A DNA stretch of 19,309 bases from IMG/VR virus record IMGVR_UViG_3300029725_000137, positions 1-19,309 of that record. One strand, written 5' to 3'. This DNA comes from a virus. Numbering within the stretch: the stretch's first letter is position 1; every line of letters begins with the position of its first letter. Positions 13,209 to 19,309 of the stretch are shown here, piece by piece. The notes beneath the pieces were generated by a model. The model was not told the DNA's origin, searched no databases, and saw only the letters and a list, made by a program, of their open reading frames with translations. Position numbers and translations under genes: made by a program.

Positions 13209-14513
13209 ATGACCGCACAAGAATTTATCGACTGGCTTCAAACTGCCAACAATCTTCCAAATCCTACCCAAGCTGTAAAAAGGGCCGCGCAGATGATGCG
13301 GGTGACGGAAGATGTTATTTGGAAATGGTTAAATACTAAAAAACCATACCCCACGCCTGAATACATGCAATTACTCATGGATTTATTGCATGAGAAATAC
13401 CGAGAAAAGAGGTTTTACCGCATTCTTTCTCACGAACAGCGTGAAGAGATGCGGTCCATGTTGGGCAAAAAACCTGATCTGGAAATCGCCGAGCTACTCG
13501 GAATAGCGCGCGTCACGGTCCAGACTGAACGCTATAAATTAGGTATCAAAAAGTATTGCAGCCCTGAAGCAATCCGCATCCAACATGATGAAGAGCTTAT
13601 TGCAGTGCTCGGAAAAATTCCTGACTCGGAGTGTGCCAAGAAGTTTGGATACTCAAATTCCAGAGTAGCCTACCTTAGAAAGAAATTAGGGATTAAGTCA
13701 TATAAGGGGCCGCGTAAACCCCGTCAGCCACGAGACCCAAATAAACCACACAAGAAAAAAGAGTATCCCGAAGAGTTAATTAACATGCTTGGAAAGACCC
13801 CGGATGATGAAATTGCTAAAAAATTCGGTTATTCCAAGGCAGGAATTGCGCTTATTAGAAAAAAGATGGGCATTCCATCATTACCTGATACTAAATTCCC
13901 CAAAATGAAACGCGAAGAAATGCTATCTATGCTTGGAAAATTTCCTGATAGCGAAATTGCTGAAAAGTTTGGAATATCGCTTAATTTTGTAGCGCGGAAC
14001 CGTAGAAAATTAAAAATTGCTCAAGCTCCATACTCCCCCATTAAGGATGCGGACAAGGATATGATTCTTAATTTATTGGGAAGAGTATCAGATTTAAAAA
14101 TTTCAAAAAAAACAGGGTACAGCCCATATGTAATTAAAAAATTTAGAGAACAGAACAAAATTAAGCCTTTCAATAAAAGCATTTTAGAAAGATTTTCACC
14201 GGACCAACGTAAAAAACTCTTATCTATGCTTGGGAAAGTTTATGATAGAGTAATAGCCGAAAAATTTAATATTGATAACGAGGTAGTAAGAAGAATTAGA
14301 CAGAAATTGAATGTTCCGGCATTACGTGAGGAAAAAAGCTTGCAAGAAACAATAGAAAGGGACGAATACATTAAATCCCTGCTGGGCACAATGACTGATA
14401 AAGAAGTCGCTAATAAAACAGGCAAATCAATACAAGTTATCGGAAAAGCAAGGAGAAAATTAAATATCCCGGCGTTTGATACAAGGGGTCGGTCTACAAA
14501 GAAACAATCTTGA
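13209..14513 (+). CDS. Multi-HTH DNA-binding protein with an N-terminal HTH plus 7 tandem GerE / sigma-70-region-4-like repeats
   Basis: 434 aa with 7 repeats of the pattern (E/D)x(M/L)(L/I)xxLGKxPDxEIAxKFGxSxxxVxxxRRKLGI(P/K). Examples are LGKKPDLEIAELLGIARVTVQTERYKLGI, LGKIPDSECAKKFGYSNSRVAYLRKKLGI, LGKTPDDEIAKKFGYSKAGIALIRKKMGI, LGKFPDSEIAEKFGISLNFVARNRRKLKI, LGRVSDLKISKKTGYSPYVIKKFREQNKI, LGKVYDRVIAEKFNIDNEVVRRIRQKLNV and LGTMTDKEVANKTGKSIQVIGKARRKLNI. The period is 48-60 aa. The DNA is visibly AT-richer than the rest of the window. Confidence 0.8.
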   Translation: MTAQEFIDWLQTANNLPNPTQAVKRAAQMMRVTEDVIWKWLNTKKPYPTPEYMQLLMDLLHEKYREKRFYRILSHEQREEMRSMLGKKPDLEIAELLGIARVTVQTERYKLGIKKYCSPEAIRIQHDEELIAVLGKIPDSECAKKFGYSNSRVAYLRKKLGIKSYKGPRKPRQPRDPNKPHKKKEYPEELINMLGKTPDDEIAKKFGYSKAGIALIRKKMGIPSLPDTKFPKMKREEMLSMLGKFPDSEIAEKFGISLNFVARNRRKLKIAQAPYSPIKDADKDMILNLLGRVSDLKISKKTGYSPYVIKKFREQNKIKPFNKSILERFSPDQRKKLLSMLGKVYDRVIAEKFNIDNEVVRRIRQKLNVPALREEKSLQETIERDEYIKSLLGTMTDKEVANKTGKSIQVIGKARRKLNIPAFDTRGRSTKKQS

Positions 14514-14537
14514 TCTTTCCAAGATAAAAAGCGCCCC

Positions 14538-14632
14538 TATACGAGATTCCAGGGGGTATACGAGATTCCAGGGGGTATACGAGATTCCAGGGGGTATACG
14601 AGATTCCAGGGGGTATACGAGATTCCAAGGCT
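14538..14632. repeat. Head-to-tail tandem array of a 19-bp unit, 4 perfect copies plus 1 degenerate copy
   Basis: The unit TATACGAGATTCCAGGGGG occurs at 14538, 14557, 14576 and 14595. A degenerate copy TATACGAGATTCCAAGGCT is at 14614. The array fills the convergent gap between the multi-HTH gene stop (14513) and the loader stop (14631-14633). Confidence 0.95.
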
Positions 14633-15353
14633 ATTTCCTGGGATGGTAGTTGATCTCGCGGTAGGACTGCCACTCGCACGGGATGGCGCCGCCTGTCATG
14701 TGCATCCGGGAAGTAATGGAGGGACCAAGACTCGGCTCGACGTCTTCCCCGATGAGATTGGAAATGACCACAGTAATTTTTCCGTCCTGGTGACGGCTGT
14801 CGATAAGACGGTCAATGGAATATTGAGAAAAATCCGATCTCTTGAGCTCGTGGAATTCGTCAATAACCAAATAGGTAGGACGCTTGAACGCCCTGGCAAT
14901 ATCATTTTCCCGCTTGGACTCCCGCAAATCAAGGCAGTAGTCATACGCTTTGACGTATTTGACGGACCTTCCGAGCCGCACCAGGCCGCGGGCCAGGGAT
15001 GTTGCCATCACAGTTTTGCCAGTGCCGCAGGGCCCATGAAGCGCAATGATTGCTCCGGACTTCCGAGCAAAGTCCGCTAAACGGTCTCTGGCGGCTTTCC
15101 ACGGGCTTTCTGCATCGTTTACCCTATCCAGAGCTAAAACGGCCATTTTGGGGAAGCCAGAGGCCAGCAAGAGGTGAAATTCTTCCTGGGCCTGTTGCAT
15201 GGCTTCCCGCGTGAGCCGTTCCTGCTCCACTTTGGCGTCAAGTTCGGGGTCGTCCGATGCGAGGGCCGAAAGCCTGTCCAGCAGGGCGTCGATAGACCCG
15301 TCTCCAAACATATCCCGCACGTTGTGCAAATTCCGTGATGTGTTAATATCCAT
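14631..15353 (-). CDS. DnaC/IstB-like AAA+ ATPase, a replicative helicase loader
   Basis: Walker A is HGPCGTGKT and Walker B is YLVIDEF. I start the gene at MDINTSRNL (ATG 15353..15351), preceded by GGAG 5 nt upstream. It overlaps the upstream TAA (15345..15343). The track's N-terminal extension overlaps the upstream gene. Confidence 0.8.
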   Translation of the reverse strand: MDINTSRNLHNVRDMFGDGSIDALLDRLSALASDDPELDAKVEQERLTREAMQQAQEEFHLLLASGFPKMAVLALDRVNDAESPWKAARDRLADFARKSGAIIALHGPCGTGKTVMATSLARGLVRLGRSVKYVKAYDYCLDLRESKRENDIARAFKRPTYLVIDEFHELKRSDFSQYSIDRLIDSRHQDGKITVVISNLIGEDVEPSLGPSITSRMHMTGGAIPCEWQSYREINYHPRK

Positions 15354-16104
15354 AAGTTCTCCTTCCTGGTGTGGTTGTTGATGGTGAGGGCGTTCCTCTT
15401 CGGTTTTCGGCATAGCGCAAGGCGTAAGCCAATGCGGCGGCTTGCCAGTTGTTGATGGGGTTCCCCTTGGCATCCACCCATCCGCAAGCCTCTTTATCAG
15501 CGTAGAAAAGCATTGATAATTCGTTGATTTGAGATTCATTGAGAAGCAGACGGCCCCTCAATGCTTCGGCTTGGAGGTAGGCTTTCACTTTGTCGGAATC
15601 CTCCGGCAAAGCTCGTTGCCGGGAATAGGCTGTGTTTTCTCCAATATTATTATTCTCTTCTCTTCTCTTCTCTGGTCGGACATTGTGTCGGACAACGGTC
15701 GGACATGGTGTCGGACTTTTGTCGGACGCCATGTCGGAAACGTTGTCGGATTGGTCTTTCAGAGATCGCCGGATTCGTTTTGCTTCCGCTTCCAAGGCGC
15801 GGGCCTTGGAGGAATTGCCGTTGTGGCGGTCAAAGTTGGGGATTACAAGGGCGCCTTCACGGCCTTGCAACCAGCCAACGGAGACAAGGCCGCGGGCAAA
15901 TCCGGGACAATAAACAACCCGGTCGATGTGTGCATATTTCGTCTTAAGGATTCCGTCTTGAGTATTGGCATCGGCCCACGCCCAAAACCGCCACAGTTTC
16001 CCCAGCACAAAATCAGGGTCATCCATGTGCAGTATTTCCGCCAGCTTCACCACTTCGGGCTTGTCGGGTGTTGTGTGTTCAACTTTTATCCAGTCTCCGG
16101 CCAT
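15343..16104 (-). CDS. Phage replisome organizer / replication initiator-like protein
   Basis: I start the gene at MAGDWIKVEHTTPDKPEVVKLAEIL..GKLWRFWAWAD (ATG 16104..16102). This N-terminal pattern is typical of phage replication-organizer proteins. It lies directly upstream of the DnaC-like loader and contains an internal iteron array. Confidence 0.65.
   Translation of the reverse strand: MAGDWIKVEHTTPDKPEVVKLAEILHMDDPDFVLGKLWRFWAWADANTQDGILKTKYAHIDRVVYCPGFARGLVSVGWLQGREGALVIPNFDRHNGNSSKARALEAEAKRIRRSLKDQSDNVSDMASDKSPTPCPTVVRHNVRPEKRREENNNIGENTAYSRQRALPEDSDKVKAYLQAEALRGRLLLNESQINELSMLFYADKEACGWVDAKGNPINNWQAAALAYALRYAENRRGTPSPSTTTPGRRTYGY
15675..15751. repeat. Seven phased GTCGGA(C) iterons inside the replisome-organizer gene; candidate ori
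   Basis: (T/G)GTCGGAC begins at 15675, 15687, 15698, 15710, 15721, 15733 and 15745, a spacing of 11-12 bp. It is immediately flanked at 15643-15674 by the AT/pyrimidine-rich tract aatattattattctcttctcttctcttctct. Confidence 0.7.
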
Positions 16105-16135
16105 AATCAAAAAAGCGTCAGTTGGGGGTTGTAGT

Positions 16136-16738
16136 TCATAACCATTTGATGGTGCAGTTTCCGCGGTAGCTTTTAATCCAATGGAACCATGCGTATGCAA
16201 TCGCCCCACCTTCGGCCTTGGAAAAATCCCCGTTTTTGGCGCAGGTCCGCCGCTCGCTGAATACCCACACGTCGGAGGGGGGGGCAACGTCGAACAGCCG
16301 ACGACGGGCCTTGCCCTCTAAAAACTGAAGGCGCAGAAGCATCCAGACATTGGCTCCATCCTTGACGCAGGCAAGCGCACGCTCGACAAATTCAAGGGCT
16401 GTGGCGTAGGAAGGATTGGTCATAATATCCACGTCTCCTATCTCGCTACCGTCGAATTCCCACAAGAAATCTTGTACGCAGGAATCAGGACATCCACGGT
16501 CAACAATGTCGGTTGCACAGACTTCATGCCCCCGCTCCCGCAGGACATTGACGATATGACCAGCCCCGCAGGCCGGTTCCCATACACGTTTCCGGAGAGG
16601 AGCACCTGCGTTGAGCAAATCACGCACCATGTCAGGGTGTGTGGCGTAGTAGTCTTCCCGCGGGCGCTCGCCGGAGGCAAGGTAGGATGCGCCCAACGTG
16701 GCACCAAGAGTTCGGTTGTTACCTGTCCAGTCTTTCAT
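16136..16738 (-). CDS. Orphan DNA methyltransferase, N6-adenine or N4-cytosine class
   Basis: I start the gene at MKDWTGNN (ATG 16738..16736), preceded by AAAGGAGGGGGA. Motif I-like is VWEPACGAGH and motif IV-like is IMTNPSY, a variant of (D/N)PP(Y/F). No adjacent restriction enzyme gene is present. Confidence 0.65.
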   Translation of the reverse strand: MKDWTGNNRTLGATLGASYLASGERPREDYYATHPDMVRDLLNAGAPLRKRVWEPACGAGHIVNVLRERGHEVCATDIVDRGCPDSCVQDFLWEFDGSEIGDVDIMTNPSYATALEFVERALACVKDGANVWMLLRLQFLEGKARRRLFDVAPPSDVWVFSERRTCAKNGDFSKAEGGAIAYAWFHWIKSYRGNCTIKWL

Positions 16739-17082
16739 TCCCCCTCCTTTCTCGGCTCCCAGTTGATAGGGATGCCCTCGTTGATGCAGGGGAAACAAAA
16801 ATCTGGTACGGGAGTAATACCCTGATAAGTGCAATTGTGGCAATCGCGCCGTATTAAAGGCACCCACGCCCTGCATGCGGCCCGTCTTTCCCTGACTAGT
16901 TTGATAAAAAAATTAATCTCGGAATGCTTCCAGCAATCTTCCCGTTCTTTTCGTGTTAGTTCGCAGTAACTCTCTCCGTAGAATTGTCTTGCATAGCTAC
17001 GAGCTGCTTCGATTTTGTTGAAAAGAAATGCTTTGGCCGCGCCAAGCTCGTAAAAAGCCTTCTGTTCAGGCGTTTTCTTCAT
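16735..17082 (-). CDS. Cys-rich small protein, 115 aa
   Basis: I start the gene at MKKTPEQKAFYELG (ATG 17082..17080), preceded by GAGGAGG 6 nt upstream. It forms an ATGA overlap with the methyltransferase start. The C-terminus has CHNC...CFPC. Confidence 0.6.
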   Translation of the reverse strand: MKKTPEQKAFYELGAAKAFLFNKIEAARSYARQFYGESYCELTRKEREDCWKHSEINFFIKLVRERRAACRAWVPLIRRDCHNCTYQGITPVPDFCFPCINEGIPINWEPRKEGE

Positions 17083-17221
17083 CTTCGGCCTCCTCTTCTG
17101 GTTCAAAATCTTCACAAGCTTTTGTAGTTTCATCCACCTCTTCCGAATACAGGATGGATGTCGCTCCCCAGCAACATCCATCCTTTTGGTCCCTATAGAT
17201 ACAGTTAATACAGGTCTTCAT
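17066..17221 (-). CDS. Small Cys-rich acidic protein, 51 aa; absent from the ORF track because it is under 60 aa
   Basis: My translation is MKTCINCIYRDQKDGCCWGATSILYSEEVDETTKACEDFEPEEEAEDEENA*. ATG 17221..17219 forms an ATGA overlap with the ASCH gene stop. The TGA at 17068..17066 overlaps the next gene's start region. Confidence 0.45.
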   Translation of the reverse strand: MKTCINCIYRDQKDGCCWGATSILYSEEVDETTKACEDFEPEEEAEDEENA

Positions 17222-17637
17222 GCGAGCCTCCTTTCCAGTATCGCCGCTTGCTCGTCAGTGAGGTACTGCCAGCTTTGCGGCGGACGGGTCATGCCGATGG
17301 CCGAGAGCGGCACGGCGGCGGGGAGCCTCACGGGGTCCATGACTCCCCAGGCGTGGCAGGGGAGATAGGCGCGGATGTGCTCTTCCGTCACGCAGGCTTC
17401 TTTGATTAGCAAGTCCAAGGCATCCCCGAATGGCATGTGCCTCAACGGGATAATACACCACAACCGACACATGCCGATGATGGCCCGCTCCCCGTCTTTC
17501 CTGGACTCGTAGAGCCACAGAGTGACGTGCTCCCCGCGGGGGAGGAGCGGCGCATTCTTTCGCAGCTCCCACCCCTTTTCCCCGGACAAAATTTTTCCGG
17601 AGAAAGGCCGCCTGACGGATGCGAGGATGTTAATCAT
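17218..17637 (-). CDS. ASCH (PUA-like) domain protein
   Basis: 139 aa. N-terminus MINILASVRRPFSGKILSGEKGWELRKN...VTLWLYES....IIG fits the ASCH fold pattern common in phage early regions. AAGGAGG lies 7 nt upstream of the ATG. Confidence 0.6.
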   Translation of the reverse strand: MINILASVRRPFSGKILSGEKGWELRKNAPLLPRGEHVTLWLYESRKDGERAIIGMCRLWCIIPLRHMPFGDALDLLIKEACVTEEHIRAYLPCHAWGVMDPVRLPAAVPLSAIGMTRPPQSWQYLTDEQAAILERRLA

Positions 17638-17776
17638 TGCTGGCCTCCTTTTTGTGATTTAGAGCAGCAGAAACCGCTATACTCAATCCTTTCAATTTTC
17701 CTGCCTGATAAAGCAGATACCCAAAGCAAGCAATGTTAGCCAAAATAGATATAAGTTGTAAAATATTGTTAATCAT
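17630..17776 (-). CDS. Small hydrophobic, membrane-type protein, 48 aa; absent from the ORF track
   Basis: My translation is MINNILQLISILANIACFGYLLYQAGKLKGLSIAVSAALNHKKEASND*. AAGGAGG lies 7 nt upstream. It forms an ATGA overlap with the upstream gene stop (17773-17776), and its stop overlaps the ASCH start. Confidence 0.45.
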   Translation of the reverse strand: MINNILQLISILANIACFGYLLYQAGKLKGLSIAVSAALNHKKEASND

Positions 17777-18018
17777 TGCTGACCTCCTTTCTCAATTAAG
17801 GCTTTAAGTTCGGAACAGCAACGGAGCCGTGAAGCATTCTTTGCCGTGCAAATAAGGTGCTGCGCCCACCGTGCATGTCGTTTGGTGGCGTACCCCATGC
17901 GATGACGGCACGTGATGCCCTTGTATCGCACAATCGCTACCTGGACTTCGTATTCCCCGTCTTTGGTTCTCCTGCACGGGCAAACCTGCTGGACGATGAT
18001 GTGAGGGTTCCTTTTCAT
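17773..18018 (-). CDS. Basic Cys-rich small protein, 81 aa
   Basis: ATG at 18018 is preceded by GGAAAGGAGGGGAGG. The gene overlaps its upstream neighbour's 3' end by 4 nt and forms an ATGA overlap with the downstream small ORF. Confidence 0.6.
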   Translation of the reverse strand: MKRNPHIIVQQVCPCRRTKDGEYEVQVAIVRYKGITCRHRMGYATKRHARWAQHLICTAKNASRLRCCSELKALIEKGGQQ

Positions 18019-18401
18019 TGTTCCTCCCCTCCTTTCCGTTCAAGTTCCCACGGCCATTTATGAACATCTTTAGGTTCAATAATGTAGAGTTCACCTTCTG
18101 GAGTTTCTATTTGGATTTCACATGATTCCATGTCTTTGCGAACGACTGTTACAAAATCGCTTGTTCCGAAATACGTTAAACTATCTCCTACATTCAACCG
18201 CATGATGGGCGGGAACTTGGAAACAAGATCACGCCAGCGTTGCCATGTGTCTTCTTCGTTTGGACTGCAATTCCAGTCGCCCCAGGACGGAGCGGCGTAT
18301 AGTCCACATTTCGGACATCCGGCATATTCGCAGTGACCGTCTCCTTCTTCTAAAATGTATTCTGGATTTTCTCCGCACAGCGGGCATTTAATATCTTTCA
18401 T
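18015..18401 (-). CDS. Zinc-ribbon protein, 128 aa
   Basis: I start the gene at MKDIKCPLCGENPEY...CPKCG (ATG 18401..18399), just after the upstream stop at 18409. It has two CxxC pairs. Confidence 0.6.
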   Translation of the reverse strand: MKDIKCPLCGENPEYILEEGDGHCEYAGCPKCGLYAAPSWGDWNCSPNEEDTWQRWRDLVSKFPPIMRLNVGDSLTYFGTSDFVTVVRKDMESCEIQIETPEGELYIIEPKDVHKWPWELERKGGEEQ

Positions 18402-18408
18402 TTTAATT

Positions 18409-18873
18409 TTATCCTTTCTTGATTTTAAGTTTTCCGCTTGGCCCCATGGTCCAGCCGTCAAAAGTGACGGTGCCGGACAGATTGATCACGGGGTAGGCGT
18501 CATAGGGACGGCAGCCAAACTTGCCTTTATCGTTCTTCACCCGTAGCCATGCGCCCCATTTTGCACCGATAACGGTATATCTATGTCCTCTAACTATGAC
18601 TTGCTGACCGTGCCGGAAGCGGGTGCCGTAGATGGCGTTGAGGGCGTCCAGATCGACTTGAGCGGCGTTCCTCTCCGCCTTTTCCTTTTTCCGTCTCCTC
18701 TTCTCGCGGGCAGCCTCTTCGCGAGCCTTGCGTGCCTCGTTGGCCTGGTTGGCGCGGAGTATCTCCATAGACTCGCGCTCGGCTTGTTCCTGGCTCTTCG
18801 TGAGGCCCGCCTTCTTACGGAGATTGTACGCAATCATGACCTGCCGTTTTTTCTCTCTTTCTTCGGGACTCAT
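18409..18873 (-). CDS. Hypothetical protein with a charged coiled-coil N-terminal half, 154 aa
   Basis: I start the gene at MSPEEREKKRQ (ATG 18873..18871). It forms an ATGA overlap with the DUF1064 gene stop, and AAGGAG lies upstream. The track's longer N-terminus would overlap the upstream gene. Confidence 0.6.
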   Translation of the reverse strand: MSPEEREKKRQVMIAYNLRKKAGLTKSQEQAERESMEILRANQANEARKAREEAAREKRRRKKEKAERNAAQVDLDALNAIYGTRFRHGQQVIVRGHRYTVIGAKWGAWLRVKNDKGKFGCRPYDAYPVINLSGTVTFDGWTMGPSGKLKIKKG

Positions 18874-19214
18874 TCCGCTTCTCCTTCCTGGATTGTTTCG
18901 ATTTCCCAACCCGTTTTTGTCTGCTTGGCAGCGATAAAAACAAAGGGGAACTTGTCGGCGGCCGTCTTGATTTTTACCCTGGCATCGTCGCGCCAAAAGC
19001 CTTTCACTTCGTGGAATTCAAGAGTGCCGTCTGGGCGGACAACCATGAAATCCGGCGTGTATGAGCAGCGGTTCCCCAAGATCAGTTTGACGGCTTCAAA
19101 CTTAAATTCCCGTATTTCCCCCTTGTTTTGGAGGTCAGACAGGTAAAAGCCATAGGCGGCTTCCGTCTTGTTCATCACGCCGGGCCGATGGATAGCTCTT
19201 GCCCTGGCTCTCAT
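18870..19214 (-). CDS. DUF1064-type PD-(D/E)XK nuclease, phage Holliday-junction-resolvase-like
   Basis: ..NKTEAAYGFYLSDLQNKGEIREFKFEAVKLIL..SYTPDFMVVRPDGTLEFHEVKGFW..DARVKIK fits the DUF1064 pattern (DF...E.KG). GGGAGG lies upstream, and the start forms an ATGA overlap with the upstream ORF. Confidence 0.65.
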   Translation of the reverse strand: MRARARAIHRPGVMNKTEAAYGFYLSDLQNKGEIREFKFEAVKLILGNRCSYTPDFMVVRPDGTLEFHEVKGFWRDDARVKIKTAADKFPFVFIAAKQTKTGWEIETIQEGEAE

Positions 19215-19309
19215 GCCGCCCTCCCTTCTACGGCCGGGCGGATTGCCGGCATGATCCGAGTGTAAGCGTCAAGGTATTTTGGGCCGAATTCGTCCAGAGC
19301 CGCCTTAAT
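19211..19309 (-). CDS. 3' end of an upstream early gene, truncated by the window edge
   Basis: Open frame reading ..IKAALDEFGPKYLDAYTRIMPAIRPAVEGRAA*, ending in an ATGA overlap at 19211-19214. Confidence 0.5.
   Translation of the reverse strand: MKAALDEFGPKYLDAYTRIMPAIRPAVEGRAA

Larger units (their letters stand above)
1..19309. mobile_element. Tailed-phage / prophage genome segment with a late operon (minus strand), an opposite-strand accessory block, and an early/replication operon (minus strand)
   Basis: The gene content is almost entirely phage-type: terminase small and large subunits, portal, protease, capsid, collagen-like fibre, replisome organizer, DnaC-like loader, DUF1064. Genes are tightly packed, with many ATGA start/stop overlaps. 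No window edge coincides with a phage end. Confidence 0.85.

Noticed and set aside
14538-14632. Could the 19-bp repeats be a CRISPR array?
   Set aside because: The units are directly contiguous with no spacers, the unit is shorter than CRISPR repeats, and no cas genes or leader are present. This is a simple tandem array.
14494-14679. The 61-aa minus-strand ORF spanning the tandem array, with its repetitive ESRIPPGISY translation
   Set aside because: It is an artefact of translating the 19-bp repeat. It has no start context and overlaps the loader gene's end.
14631-16876. The long N-terminal extensions given by the ORF track for 14631..15539, 15343..16287, 16136..16876, 16735..17181, 18015..18461, 18409..18996, 3204..3839 and 3731..4573
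   Set aside because: Each extension overlaps the 3' part of the upstream gene and reads as low-complexity sequence. The internal ATGs have SD sites and/or ATGA stop-start coupling, and the recognisable domains begin there.

Overview
This window is a contiguous piece of a tailed-phage, most likely prophage, genome. It is GC-rich apart from one visibly AT-richer block.

Layout:
- 1-11921, minus strand: late operon. Order is terS, terL, a tRNA, DUF935-like portal, Mu-I-like protease/scaffold, a decoration-position protein, a lambda-E-like major capsid, about 7 head-completion/neck genes, then a collagen-like fibre.
- 12027-14513, plus strand: accessory block. It holds a tandem zinc-ribbon protein, a very acidic 107-aa protein, and a 434-aa protein built from 7 tandem HTH repeats.
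- 14538-14632: a 19-bp x4.7 tandem array filling the convergent intergenic gap.
- 14631-19309, minus strand: early/replication operon. It includes a DUF1064 nuclease, small Zn-ribbon proteins, an ASCH protein, an orphan DNA methyltransferase, a replisome organizer with internal iterons, and a DnaC-like loader.

Key finding: the tRNA between terL and portal (9905-9978, minus) would be auto-called tRNA-Arg(CCT), but it carries bacterial initiator-tRNA hallmarks. These are a C1-A72 mismatch, a tRNAfMet-like acceptor stem, discriminator A73, and four consecutive G:C pairs closing the anticodon stem.

At the same time, four core late genes (terS, terL, portal, major capsid) have family-typical N-terminal sequence in an open frame upstream of their first ATG/GTG/TTG. 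None has a canonical start in that stretch, and each has an in-frame AGG where the start should be.

I propose a phage-encoded AGG-decoding initiator tRNA that licenses translation of AGG-initiated morphogenesis genes. This is inference from sequence only. No integrase, att site or CRISPR array is visible in the window.
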